A DNA stretch of 64,000 nucleotides from Hyphomicrobiales bacterium (GTDB lineage Bacteria > Pseudomonadota > Alphaproteobacteria > Rhizobiales > TMED25): contig CBDBEU010000003.1 of NCBI GenBank assembly GCA_965204565.1, positions 693,424 through 757,423 of the forward strand. The letters run 5' to 3'. The notes below the pieces were generated by a model. The model made no database searches and had not been told where the DNA came from. It saw only the letters and a program-made list of their open reading frames with translations. This document shows positions 30,561 to 41,061 of the stretch, piece after piece. How positions within the stretch are numbered: position 1 is the first letter of the stretch; every line of letters begins with the position of its first letter. The translations under genes were made by a program, and so were the position numbers.

Positions 30561-31200
30561 GCCCGGCCGACCTCGGCGACGACCCGCCGTGGTTTGTCAC
30601 GTGACGCGGCCTGATACGCGAAGTCGCCGCAGATGCGCCGCACATGGGTCGGCGGGCGACCCGTGGGGCGCTTGAGCACAGGCGCAATCCTGCTTTCCGG
30701 AACAGCGGTCTTCCCAGGCCGGATAGCGCAGGAACAGCCTTCCGCCTCCGGCGTCTTGTAGAGCTCCAGGACGGCAAAAGCGGTATCGGCCCGGAAGAAC
30801 CGCATCAGCTCACGATCCGCATATCGCGCCAACACCGGCTTGAGCACATTTTCTCGGCCATCGGCGCTGTGAACATTGCCGGGGCGCAATGAACGGCGTT
30901 CGAGGTGGCCAAACCGGTTAAGGACGAACAAAGGGTGATGGCACATGCAGCCGAAATGCCCGTTCCAAGCGTGCCTTCCTGAGCGCCGCGGGGCGGGCCG
31001 ACCGAACCGTCCATGTCCGGTGTGATCCATTCGGGCGCCATCGCGGCGTGAGCCCGATCGATCCCCCGATCAATCGATCGACCGGATACGTCCGCCGGGT
31101 TCGCCATATGCCGCGCCCCAAAATGCGCTCAAGACATTTTTTCTTATGACAGAACCAACGATCAATCACATCAATCAATGGAGCCATATGGGAAATGCGG
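30561..31200 (-). mobile_element. IS1380 fragment: left end plus internal transposase piece
   Basis: Matches 15280-15740; end-like CCGCATTTCCCATATGG at ~31200 and MANPA start at 31107. Confidence 0.85.
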
Positions 31201-31479
31201 GATGAAGATAGAGCGTGCCTTCAACTAAATCGTTGCGGCGCACCAGTTCAGCCATCAACTCGCCGATCTTATTCATTGGGGACGAGGTTTTTGATCCTCA
31301 ATTCCCCCCAGCGAGCGCTTCAGCCGCGTCAGATGCGCCTCATTGTCGATCAGATGCCGGTCAATAACCGCCGCCACTTCATAAACACCGTCGGCAAACA
31401 TGAAGCCGCGATCGAAAACGGAGACCTTGGCATCTTCAAGCGGCACGAACTCTCCGTTGACATAGGCAATCGGCATCAT
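31200..31479 (-). pseudogene. D-amino-acid aminotransferase (class IV) N-terminal fragment
   Basis: AYVNGEFVP..AKVSVFDRGFMFADGVYEV..HLTRLKRSL; premature stop and IS truncation. Confidence 0.85.
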
Positions 31480-31692
31480 TTTTCCCTTCGGCGGCTGGCA
31501 TTGCGGGCTTGACCGGCGGCTGTTTCAACCTTACGGTGCAAGTAGTGGAATGTGATCGGCAGTACCTGACGGCGCGCAGTTAGATGCAGCTAGGGTTTGG
31601 ATCAATATCTTCGCAACAATCGCCAAACGCCCCTTGCGAAAACGGGCAGCAATTGCGTTACTTTGCGCAAACATGTTCTGCAGGAGGTTCGC

Positions 31693-32175
31693 GTGGCGGA
31701 CGCATTTTCATTTCGCGTAAACGGCAGGGAAATTTCGGTTGAAGCCGATCGCGACACGCCGCTGCTCTACGTGCTTCGCAACGAAGTCGGGCTCAAGGGG
31801 ACGCGGTTTGGCTGTAGCGATGGGCTGTGCGGGGCGTGTTCGGTACTCCTCGACGGGCGCGCCATATTTGCCTGCGACACACCGGTGTGGTCCGCTGATG
31901 GTCATTACATTGAAACTATCGAGGGGCTTTCCACCGATGGCGAACTGCACCCTTTGCAGGAGGCTTTGCTCGACGAGCAGGCTGGCCAGTGCGGCTATTG
32001 CCTGAGTGGCATTGTCATGCGGATCAAGGCGTTGTTCGATGAAAACCCCAACGCGAAGCGTGAAGACGTGGTCATCGCACTTGAGCGCAATCTGTGCAGA
32101 TGTGGAACGCAGCCGCGTATCCTGAAGGCAATCGACAAATATGCCCGCTCTCTGAGCGCGGGGCACGGACAATGA
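31693..32175 (+). CDS. molybdenum hydroxylase small (2Fe-2S) subunit
   Basis: GCSDGLCGAC, QCGYC, NLCRC; GGAGG RBS before GTG. Confidence 0.93.
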   Translation: MADAFSFRVNGREISVEADRDTPLLYVLRNEVGLKGTRFGCSDGLCGACSVLLDGRAIFACDTPVWSADGHYIETIEGLSTDGELHPLQEALLDEQAGQCGYCLSGIVMRIKALFDENPNAKREDVVIALERNLCRCGTQPRILKAIDKYARSLSAGHGQ

Positions 32176-34277
32176 ACGCGCGCGATCTTCCAGAGCCGAT
32201 TGAGGGCCATCCCGCGATTGATCAGTGGTTCGGTTTCGACAACGATGGCCGGGTTGCAATGCGCTCGGGCAAAGTCGAAATTGGACAAGGCATCAATACC
32301 GCGTTTGTACAAATCGCCGCCGATGAGCTCGATATCGAGCCGGAGCGCATCGACCTCATCGCCGGCGACACCAGAACAACGCCAGACGAGGGCGTGACCG
32401 CTGGTTCTCGGTCCATGCAAACCGGCGGTCTTGCGGTGCGATTTGCGGCCTCGGCGGCCAGACACGCACTGCTTGGCGAGGCGGCAAAGCTGCTGCAAGC
32501 CCAGCCTGGCGAACTCAGCGTCGCCGATGGCCGTATTTTGATCGGCGGCCGTGAGAGCGACCTGACCTACTGGTCGCTGGCCAAGGATGTCGACTTCACC
32601 CGGCACATTGCTGATTTCGCAGATCCAAAGTCGCCCGACGAGCGCAAGCTGTCGGGCCGGACATTCGAGCGCATCGATCTTCCGGCAAAGGTGCGCGGTG
32701 CACCATCGTTCGTTCATGATCTGGAATTCGAGGGCATGCTGCATGCGCGGGTAATCAACCCGCCCTCGCCTTCGACCCGCCTTGCAAGCGTTGATGCAGC
32801 AGCGCTGCGCGCCCTTGCCGGCGTCGTCGAAATTGCGCGTGACGGCACATTTCTAGCCATCATCGCAACCGATGAGATTGACGCCATTCGTGCCGCAGAG
32901 CGCGCCGAGTGCCATTGCCGCTGGTCGGCTGCAAGCAAAGCGCCCACCGATCCGGTTAAAGCGGTGGATGAAACCGAAGCAGAGATCGAAACGGGCTTTG
33001 AGCAAGGTTCAATCCTGACTGCTGGCACAAGGGCATTCTCAACCACGGTCTCGCGACCGTTCCTGTCACACGGTTCCATAGGACCATCGTGCGCGATCGC
33101 GCAGTGGAAAGATGGCCGGCTCACCGTCCACACCCATAGCCAAAGTGTGTTCCCACTGAAACGCTCCCTGTGCGGCGTGTTTGATGTGGATGAAGGCATG
33201 GTCGACGTCATCCATGTGCCTGGTTCAGGTTGCTATGGTCACAATGGCGCCGATGATGTGGCGCTTGATGCGGCACTGTCAGCACGTGCAGTGGGAGGCT
33301 GGCCGGTGCGGGTGCAGTGGAGCCGCAAGGACGAGTTTGCGCGCGCGCCACTGGCACCCGGCATGGTGACGCGGGCGAGCGCAATGACCGGCGATGATGG
33401 TTTGATCCAGTCGTTCGATGTCGAGGTCCATAGTCCGCCGCACAATCGCCGGCCAAGAGGCGCAAAGGCGGTCAATCTGCTTGCGGCGACGCATTTGGCA
33501 AAACCGATGACACTGCCGCCTGCGGTCGAGCATGCAATCGCCATCGGTGGATCATCGGATCGCAATTCAGTACCGTCATATGCGATTGCGAATATTCGCT
33601 CGAGAAAACGGGTCGAACGCGACTTACCATGGCGCACTTCGGCAATGCGCGGACTTGGTGCTTTCGTCAACGTATTGGCGATTGAAACCTTGATGGATGA
33701 TATCGCCGCCGAGTTCGACCGCGACCCACTGGAATATCGTCTTGCCCATGCCGGCGATGAACGCATCGGCAGCGTGCTCAGAGGGGTTGCCGAAATGGCC
33801 GGCTGGCCGGGCGAGGCAGATGATGGATCGGCAATGGGGATCGCCTACTCGCGCTACAAGAACAGCGCGGCATATTGCGCGGTTATTGCGCGGGTGGTGC
33901 TCGACGAGGATATTCGTGTCACTCATGCTTGGGCTTGCGTTGATGCTGGAGAGGCCGTCAATCCGGACGGCATCTCCAATCAGATCGAGGGCGGCATGGT
34001 GCAGGCGACCAGTTGGACGCTTAAAGAAGCCGTGAGATTTGAAGGCGAGGCGGTGGTCACCACGGATTGGGAGGAATACCCCATTCTCACCTTCGCGGAG
34101 GTGCCGGAAACCAAAATCGAAATCATTGCGCGGCCCGAACTGCCGCCACTGGGTGTCGGCGAGGCATCACAAGGCCCGACGGGGGCTGCGATTTCAAATG
34201 CCGTCAGGCGCGCTCTTTGCGTGCGTATTCGCGATCTGCCGATAACGCGCGAGAAGATCGTGACCGCGCTTGCCTGA
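32172..34277 (+). CDS. molybdopterin-binding large subunit (nicotinate dehydrogenase B / isoquinoline oxidoreductase-like)
   Basis: SGKVEIGQG, TPDEGVTAGS, GSGCYGHNGADD, TSAMRGLGA, VNPDG..NQIEGG, LGVGE. Confidence 0.92.
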   Translation: MNARDLPEPIEGHPAIDQWFGFDNDGRVAMRSGKVEIGQGINTAFVQIAADELDIEPERIDLIAGDTRTTPDEGVTAGSRSMQTGGLAVRFAASAARHALLGEAAKLLQAQPGELSVADGRILIGGRESDLTYWSLAKDVDFTRHIADFADPKSPDERKLSGRTFERIDLPAKVRGAPSFVHDLEFEGMLHARVINPPSPSTRLASVDAAALRALAGVVEIARDGTFLAIIATDEIDAIRAAERAECHCRWSAASKAPTDPVKAVDETEAEIETGFEQGSILTAGTRAFSTTVSRPFLSHGSIGPSCAIAQWKDGRLTVHTHSQSVFPLKRSLCGVFDVDEGMVDVIHVPGSGCYGHNGADDVALDAALSARAVGGWPVRVQWSRKDEFARAPLAPGMVTRASAMTGDDGLIQSFDVEVHSPPHNRRPRGAKAVNLLAATHLAKPMTLPPAVEHAIAIGGSSDRNSVPSYAIANIRSRKRVERDLPWRTSAMRGLGAFVNVLAIETLMDDIAAEFDRDPLEYRLAHAGDERIGSVLRGVAEMAGWPGEADDGSAMGIAYSRYKNSAAYCAVIARVVLDEDIRVTHAWACVDAGEAVNPDGISNQIEGGMVQATSWTLKEAVRFEGEAVVTTDWEEYPILTFAEVPETKIEIIARPELPPLGVGEASQGPTGAAISNAVRRALCVRIRDLPITREKIVTALA

Positions 34278-34369
34278 GGTCTATCTGCCGTCAGGCGACC
34301 TCGCTGCGAACCTTGACAAAGCGAACGCTTGGCGGTCGGTTCGTCGATTTCGGCGAAGTTGCGAATGCC

Positions 34370-35155
34370 TGTTGATTTTCAGTGAGAGTCGACGCGGGCG
34401 GGTGATAAATTCCACTGGGAAGCGACCCGTGTTCCGACCTCTTCCCCGGCTTTGGAGTCGGGGGATTATGGAGTGATCGACATGGATTTACAGAGTGTAA
34501 TCCGGCGCCGGCATTTCCGCGATTGAAAGCCGATCCCGGAGATGGCGCGGCGCACCGGACTGTCGCGCAACACGATCCGCAAGTCCCTGCGGTCCGGCAC
34601 TGTAGAACCGAAGTTCAAGGTTCCCGATCGGGCGAGCAAGCCGGCCCCGTATGCGGACAAGTCGACCACCCGGCTTCGGATCGAGACGGGCAGGTCGCGC
34701 AAGCGGCGGTGTACAGTCAGGCAGATGCATGCCGACCTTGTCGCCCTGGGCTTTGACGTGTCCCATGGCCGGGTTGCAGCCTTTGCGCGCAAGTGGAAGG
34801 CCGAGCGGCAACACGAGCAGCAGACCGGCGGGCGCGGCACCTTCGTGCCGCCGGTCTTTGCGCCTGGCGAGGCGTTCCGGTTCGACCGGAGCGAGGATCG
34901 GGTGATCCCGGGCGGCGAACGGGTCAAGCTGCAGGTGGCCCATACCAGGCTGTCGCATAGCCGGGCATTCATCGTGCGCGCTTATCTGCTCCGGCCCCAC
35001 GAGATGCTGTTCGATGCCCCGACCCGGGCGTTCCGGGCGGCGGGCGGCGTGCCCTGGCGCGGGGTGTTCAACAATATGAAGACCGCTGTCGACCGGATCG
35101 GCTCCGGCAAGGCGCGGCAGGTCAACGCCCGGTTTGCCGCGATGGCCGGCCATGA
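34370..35155 (+). mobile_element. istA: IS21-family left end and truncated istA
   Basis: TGTTGA end; RRTGLSRNTIRK, FAPGEAF.FD, HEMLFDA, NNMKTAVD. Confidence 0.9.
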
Positions 35156-35164
35156 GCCTGTCGA

Positions 35165-35962
35165 TCCGCGCACCGGTAAGAATGACCATGAAGACGTCTG
35201 CCCGCCGGTCATATGGCGTTGCGATGCGGCGCCGGTCCTTGAGCGGTGCGAACATGTTCTCAACCTTATGGCGCTGTTTGTATTGAATGTTGCAGAAGGA
35301 AGCGGGTGCCTTTCGTCCTGTTCGGGGCGGAATGCATGGGTTGATCCCCCTGGCTTTCAGCGCCGCGCGATCATCGTCTGAAGCGTATCCCTTATCTGCG
35401 ATCGTTATAGCTTTGACGCTATCACAGAGACCCGGATACAAGAGTTTCGCACCGATATGATCCGACAGCTGGCCAGCCGTCAGGCACATGGCCGGTGGTC
35501 GTTCGTCGCCATCGCAGACGTCATGGAGTCTGGTGTTCGACCCGCCTTTTGTGCGCCCGATGTGGCGGGGAAGCCCCCCCTTTCAGAAGGCTCGACGCGG
35601 TGCGATGAGCCTTCAAGTGTGTTGCATCAATCACCAGCGTATCGGGTGGCCCGTCAGAAGCGGTCAAGTGACTGAAAATCTTGTCGAACACGCGGAGTTC
35701 GGTCCAGCGTCGAAAGCGATTGCAGGGCGTCTTGTGCGGGCCGCAGCTGCGTCCTTCCATTGCAGCCTGTGCTTCAGCACGCTGACGATGCCTGACACAA
35801 CACGACGATCATCCCCCCGGCAACTCTGTGGGACCTGGGAAAGAATGGCTCGATCTTTGACATTTGAGCTCATGAGAGCAGAAACGGATCCGACATGGCA
35901 AACGCCTTTGCCATCCTGAATCAGAAATCGCACTTCAATGCAAATTAATGGGTCCTGAGCCC
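35165..35962 (-). mobile_element. IS5-family (IS427/IS1031-like) element, degenerate
   Basis: IDATHLKAHRTASSL, ADKGY, PCIPPR, YKQRHKVENMF; end GGGCTCAGGACCCATTAAT. Confidence 0.88.
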
Positions 35963-36128
35963 AGGCACATAGCCATGGCGCGATCCGATGCTTGCTGCCA
36001 CAGGCAAAGACACGCAAGAGCATTGATCGCGCCACTGCCCGCGCGTCTGCGCACGCCCCGCACCCCGAGCCTTGCCTCCAACCACCGCCAATCCTAACCT
36101 TGCTGGCAACCCTAGGCAGGAGGGCCCG

Positions 36129-37550
36129 ATGACCGACACCTCAATCTGCGCCATGAGCGCGGCGGAACTTTCCGCCGCCATGCGTGACAAGAAACTTTCA
36201 CCGGTCGAGGTGACCGAGGCCCATCTCGCGCGTATTGACGAAACCAACGACACTTATCTCGGCTTTGTCACCGTAACGCCGGAGCGCGCGCGCGCCGATG
36301 CGCGCCTTGCCGAGGCCGAGATCATGGGCGGCAACTGGCGCGGGCCATTGCATGGCATTCCCTATGGCGCCAAGGACATTTTCGACACCGCCGGCATCCG
36401 CACCGCCAATGGCGCCAAGGCCTGCGAGGACCGCGTTCCGGTGCGCGACAGCGAATGCGTGCGCGTCCTCACCGATGCCGGTGCGGTGTTGCTCGGCAAG
36501 ACCAACACCCACCAATGGGCCGCCGCCTCCACCACCGTGAACCGCCATTTCGGCACTTCGAGAAATCCATGGGACCCGGCCCGCATCGTCGGCGGCTCGA
36601 GCGGCGGCTCGGCCGCCGCCCTAGCCGCTGCCATGTGCCCGCTGGCGCTTGGCTCCGATACCGGCGGCTCAATCAGAACCCCGGCGGCGCTGTGCGGCAT
36701 TGTCGGGCTGAAACCGACCCATGGCCGCGTGTCGCTGCGCGGTATCTTTCCCAACGTGCCGACATTCGATCATGCCGGGCCGATGACCCGCACCGTCACC
36801 GATGCGGCGCTGGCGCTGCAGGTGCTGGCGGGCTTTGACCGGCTCGATGCCAAATCGAGCGACAAGCCGGTGCCCGACTATATGACAAGCCTTGAGGTGG
36901 GCATTTCAGGCGCCCGCATTTTGGTTTCGCCCGATTTCAACCAGAACGCCGAAGTCGACAGCGAAATTGCCAATGCCTTTGATCGCATGGTGGGTGTGCT
37001 GCGCGGACTGGGCGCTAGGATCGACACCATTCCCTTTCCCAATGCGGCGCGTTTCCACCAGATGTTCCGCGATATTGCCGGACCGGAATTTTCCGAAGTC
37101 CACCGCGCGCGCTATCAAACCGACCCGGAAAGTTTCGAGGACGATGCGCGCGAGCGCATTGACTGGTCGCTCACCATCAAGACCGATGCATATGCGCGCG
37201 CGCTGCGCGATCGCGTGCTGCTGATCCGTGAGGTCGATGAGTTTTTAGGCGATGCCGACGCCATGATCTCGCCCTCACTGCCATTTGTTGCCCCGAAGAT
37301 CGACGAGATGATTGTCCGCGTCAACGGCAACAAGGAGCTCAACTATTACACCCATATCCACCGCCCGTTCCTGTCGTGCCACAACATCACCGGCTGCCCG
37401 GCGCTGGTCATGCCGATGGGCCTTGCCCAGGACGGGCTGCCGATGTCGGTGCAGATAAGCGCGGCGCGCTGGCGCGAGGCTGATGTGTTGCGCGTGGCCC
37501 GCGCCTATGAGGCGGCAACGCCGGATCTGAGGGTGCTGCCCAAGGTGTGA
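36129..37550 (+). CDS. amidase-signature family amidase
   Basis: GPLHGIPYGAKD, GGSSGGS, GSDTGGSIRTPA. Confidence 0.95.
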   Translation: MTDTSICAMSAAELSAAMRDKKLSPVEVTEAHLARIDETNDTYLGFVTVTPERARADARLAEAEIMGGNWRGPLHGIPYGAKDIFDTAGIRTANGAKACEDRVPVRDSECVRVLTDAGAVLLGKTNTHQWAAASTTVNRHFGTSRNPWDPARIVGGSSGGSAAALAAAMCPLALGSDTGGSIRTPAALCGIVGLKPTHGRVSLRGIFPNVPTFDHAGPMTRTVTDAALALQVLAGFDRLDAKSSDKPVPDYMTSLEVGISGARILVSPDFNQNAEVDSEIANAFDRMVGVLRGLGARIDTIPFPNAARFHQMFRDIAGPEFSEVHRARYQTDPESFEDDARERIDWSLTIKTDAYARALRDRVLLIREVDEFLGDADAMISPSLPFVAPKIDEMIVRVNGNKELNYYTHIHRPFLSCHNITGCPALVMPMGLAQDGLPMSVQISAARWREADVLRVARAYEAATPDLRVLPKV

Positions 37551-37651
37551 GCAGAGCAGATGCTATGGACCGCCGCTGTAGCAAAAGCACCCGCCAGGGG
37601 CAGATCTGCCGGCTCGCAATCCGGCAGCGGCCACAGCCCGACGGTTGAAAT

Positions 37652-38510
37652 CTAGGTTGTCGTGGACAAATGGTATCCAGAGTTTGATTGATGCGATGGC
37701 GACGAAGCCAGGGCAGGACTCTTTGGTTTTGTCGTAGCGGGTGGCGACCCTGCGCCAGTTCTTGAGTTTGTTGAACAACCGCTCGACGAGATTGCGCCAT
37801 TTGTCTTTGGCCCGGTCGTGCGTGATGCGGTCAAGACGATTGCTCTTTGCAGGGATCACCGCTTCGACGCCTGCGGCGGCGATTTCCTGGCGGATAGCAT
37901 CGGCATCATAGCCGCGATCTGCGAGGAACGCCTCAATGCGGTCGGTCATCATGCGGAACAGCGGTGCAAAGCCCTGCACATCGTGCGCTTGCCGGGTGTC
38001 AGCACAAAGCCGGGCGGGAGGCCTCTGGCATCGCACCTCGCGTGGAGCCTGGTCGTAAAGCCGCCGCGTGACCGGCCAGGCCCCTCTGTTTGCTGAGCCC
38101 CCTTTTTATGCCGACGGCACAATGATGTGCCCGGACCACCGTGCTATCGATCATGTCGGCGGCGGCATTGCGTCCCGCCAGTTCGGCCAGCGTCTCGAGC
38201 ATCGCATCGAACACGCCGGTCGTGACCCATCTTCGGTAGCGTCGGAAAATACTGTTCCACTTGCCATAGTCATCCGGCAGAGGCCGCCACTGCGCTCCGG
38301 TTCGCGCGATCCACATCATGCCTTCGAAATACAGGCGGTTGTCCTGTGCAGGACGGCACCCGCGACCGCGCTCCAATGTGAATCTCATGTGGCGCCAACA
38401 GCGGCCCGATCAGCGCCCATTCCTCATCCGTTACACCAATCCGCTCGCCCAAGGCCGCCACCAGCCAGCCGCCATTCAGGGGAAAATTGTGCCAAACCAG
38501 AATCATCCAT
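37652..38510 (-). mobile_element. IS5-family (IS427 group) two-ORF transposase, degenerate
   Basis: RTGAQWR.LP..YGKW, IDSTVVRAH, AAAAAGGGGG slippery site near 38100, ADRGYD, LKNWRRVATRYDK. Confidence 0.9.
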
Positions 38511-38514
38511 CAAC

Positions 38515-39025
38515 TTTGCTGCTACCGAGGCCCGTGCCCAATGTCATGCTAGGATTGATCAAGTCCGAAGGTCACGAACCGGTGCGCGCAGCACAGCTCT
38601 TTGCCCATTTAAAATCGTTCGTCATTGGCATTCCCGGAGTCCACACGCCGATTTGCAGCGAACAGCACGTGCCCGAGCTTGTCCGCGATGCCGGCCAGCT
38701 AAAGGCCGCCGGCTTTGATATGATCGGCTGCATTGCCTCCAACGATCCCTTCGTCCTGCAGCAATGGTCGAAGCAGATCGACCCTAATAACAGGGTCACA
38801 TTTATCTCTGACGGCAACCTTGAATTCACCGCCGTGCTCGGTCTGCTGCAAACCGAGCAGAGCCTGTTTCTCGGCACCCGGTCAGAGCGCTATTCGCTGT
38901 CGATCGAGAGCAACCTTATCAAGCGCCTCAAGGTCGAGAGACCAGCATCTTCGACGTCAGTTGCACCAGCCCGGGCCGCGTCATTTCCGATGCGCGCGAG
39001 CATTCTTCCGCCGAAGTGGAGTTGA
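38515..39025 (+). pseudogene. Prx5-like peroxiredoxin/redoxin, start lost and 3' end probably frameshifted
   Basis: GIPGVHTPICSEQHVP, NDPFVL, SDGNLEF, RSERYS. Confidence 0.75.
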
Positions 39026-39159
39026 TCTAGCCCCCGGCGCCGACAACTTCGAACAGCAGGCAAAAAACGGCCGGGGCAGGTTTTGCCTGTCCCGGCCGTA
39101 CTGGCTGCCGTCTGCCCGGCGCGAGGCGCGCCGGCAAGGTTATCCGGTTGGGCCCGCCT

Positions 39160-39393
39160 CTAGCGGTAGCGCGGGGCATGCCGGCCGTAATATCGATAAT
39201 CGTGATCGGAATAATAGGCATGTGGATAAGCGTGGGCGCGGTTTGCATGGCTGAGCGCACCCAATACGATCGCGCCAAGAGCGATACCGGCAATGACCTT
39301 GCCCAGGTTGCCCACCTTGGCCGGTTTCGGCTGGGCCACGGTCAGCGCCAATGCAGCTGCGGCGACAAGCCCAATGGTTTTGGGTTTCAACAT
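39160..39393 (-). CDS. small secreted/membrane hypothetical protein, possibly eroded
   Basis: Signal peptide, IAGIALGAIVLGA segment, Tyr/His/Arg-rich tail. Confidence 0.5.
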   Translation of the reverse strand: MLKPKTIGLVAAAALALTVAQPKPAKVGNLGKVIAGIALGAIVLGALSHANRAHAYPHAYYSDHDYRYYGRHAPRYR

Positions 39394-39693
39394 TTTATCC
39401 ACCCCGGATATTTGCCTGAGCTGAGGGGCAGGCAAGGCTCCCATACGATTGCCCGCACATTGGGATTTGACGTATGAACCGGACCTGAACATGCTGATCA
39501 TCGGCCAGATCCCTGCTTTTGCAGGCCATCTTCCGCTGCCAGAAACAAACGCAAGATCTTGAAAACAAACATAATCGGCATTTCTGCTTGATCGTAAGGG
39601 CCCGGCTGCCCAAAAATTGCCGAATTCGGATTGGTGGAGCAGTCTGCATATTGCTGATCGCAAACAGACAACCGGCCGCAATGACCATGGTTG

Positions 39694-39920
39694 ATGATCA
39701 AGGCCAAGAAATGAGAAATCCTGTCCGCCAAGATCTCGGCTCATGCGGCTGAGGGGCTGCGCACATTTTGCCATCGCCATGGCGTCACAGCGACTTTAGT
39801 GCTTGAAGTCGGCCCCCGCCTGTTGGCCGAGGACACGCTGCCGCCGAGCCTCGAATACCGGCAACAAATAGTCATGCGCGCTCGCGAGGTCGATCGTTCG
39901 CGCCGATCGAGATCGGCGAT
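39694..39920 (+). pseudogene. small uncharacterised protein, copy 1 (TGA at 39712)
   Basis: K*EILSAKISAHAAEGLRTFCHRHGVT..AREVDRSRR is homologous to copy 2. Confidence 0.6.
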
Positions 39921-39941
39921 AGGCAAAACAAAGCATAGCCA

Positions 39942-40230
39942 ATGGATGATGATACCAGGGCGCAGCCTTCAATCGGCAGCGCAACTTCACCCCCTGATGG
40001 CAAGCCCGGGAAACGCGAAATCCTAGTCGCCAAGATCTCTGCCCCCTCGGCTGAAGGGTGGCGTTGCTTTTGCGAGCAAAATGGCATATCCTTGACGGTG
40101 ATGCTTGGAATCGTCTGCCGTGATCTGGGCAACGGCACCTTGCCGGCAAGCTAGGAGGGGCTGGATCAGCTGCTGGTGAGTGCCCGCGAAGTCGACCGCG
40201 CGCGTCGATGCGACCTGCTTGCCGGCGGTC
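39942..40230 (+). pseudogene. small uncharacterised protein, copy 2 (TAG at 40152)
   Basis: KREILVAKISAPSAEGWRCFCEQNGIS..*..AREVDRARR. Confidence 0.6.
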
Positions 40231-40353
40231 AATTGCATTTTTTGCGCAACCCACTTTTGACCAGTGCGGTCGACGAGCACGCCTCAGTGCGACTATGCTG
40301 TGGGCCAAGGGGTGTTTCAGCCTCGATCAACAATCCATCAGGGAGCGGATACC

Positions 40354-41040
40354 GTGGAAATCATCGATCTCAGCCGCGAGCTTTATCACCGCGCGCCAGC
40401 CTATCCGGGCCAGCCGCCGATCATTCATGGCATGTGGAAGAACCACGAGGAAGCATTCATCGATTCGGGCAATGTGCATGGCAATGCGGTGATGTTCTTT
40501 TCCATGCCCGATCATGGCGGCACCCATATCGATGCGCCGCGCCATTTCGGCATGAGCGGCACGCCGATCAACGAATATCCGCTTGAGAACTGCATTGTGC
40601 CAGGCATCTGCATCGATCTGCGCCACATTGCGCCCAAGGCCGAGATCACACCGGACGATCTGGAAGCAGCGGTCGATGCGGCGGGCGTGCCGATCCCGAA
40701 AGGCGGCACGGTCTTGCTGTGCACCGGACACCATGAGCGCACCTTCCCGACACCGGCCTATTCAACCGACAATTCGGGCGTCAATGTCGAGGCCACCGAA
40801 TGGCTCGCCAATCAGGGCATCGCTCATTTCGGCATCGATTCGATGCGCCCCGGACCCGTCGGCGCCGTCAACTCGCTGGTGCACAAGGCGTGCCTGGAGT
40901 TCGACATCACCCACATGGAAAGCCTGTGCAATCTGGAAAGCCTGATCGGCCGCGGCAAATTCCGCTTCATCGGCCTGCCGATGAAATGGCGTGAAGGCAC
41001 CGGCTCGCCGATCCGCGCCGTTGCCGTATTCGGATTTTGA
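40354..41040 (+). CDS. cyclase family protein (kynurenine formamidase-like)
   Basis: HGGTHIDAPRH, GIDS, ESLCNL, GTGSPIRAVA. Confidence 0.93.
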   Translation: MEIIDLSRELYHRAPAYPGQPPIIHGMWKNHEEAFIDSGNVHGNAVMFFSMPDHGGTHIDAPRHFGMSGTPINEYPLENCIVPGICIDLRHIAPKAEITPDDLEAAVDAAGVPIPKGGTVLLCTGHHERTFPTPAYSTDNSGVNVEATEWLANQGIAHFGIDSMRPGPVGAVNSLVHKACLEFDITHMESLCNLESLIGRGKFRFIGLPMKWREGTGSPIRAVAVFGF

Positions 41041-41061
41041 TTGCCGCACCCGAGGATTTCG

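Noticed and set aside
36129-37550. gatA assignment
   Set aside because: No gatB/gatC adjacent; generic amidase features only
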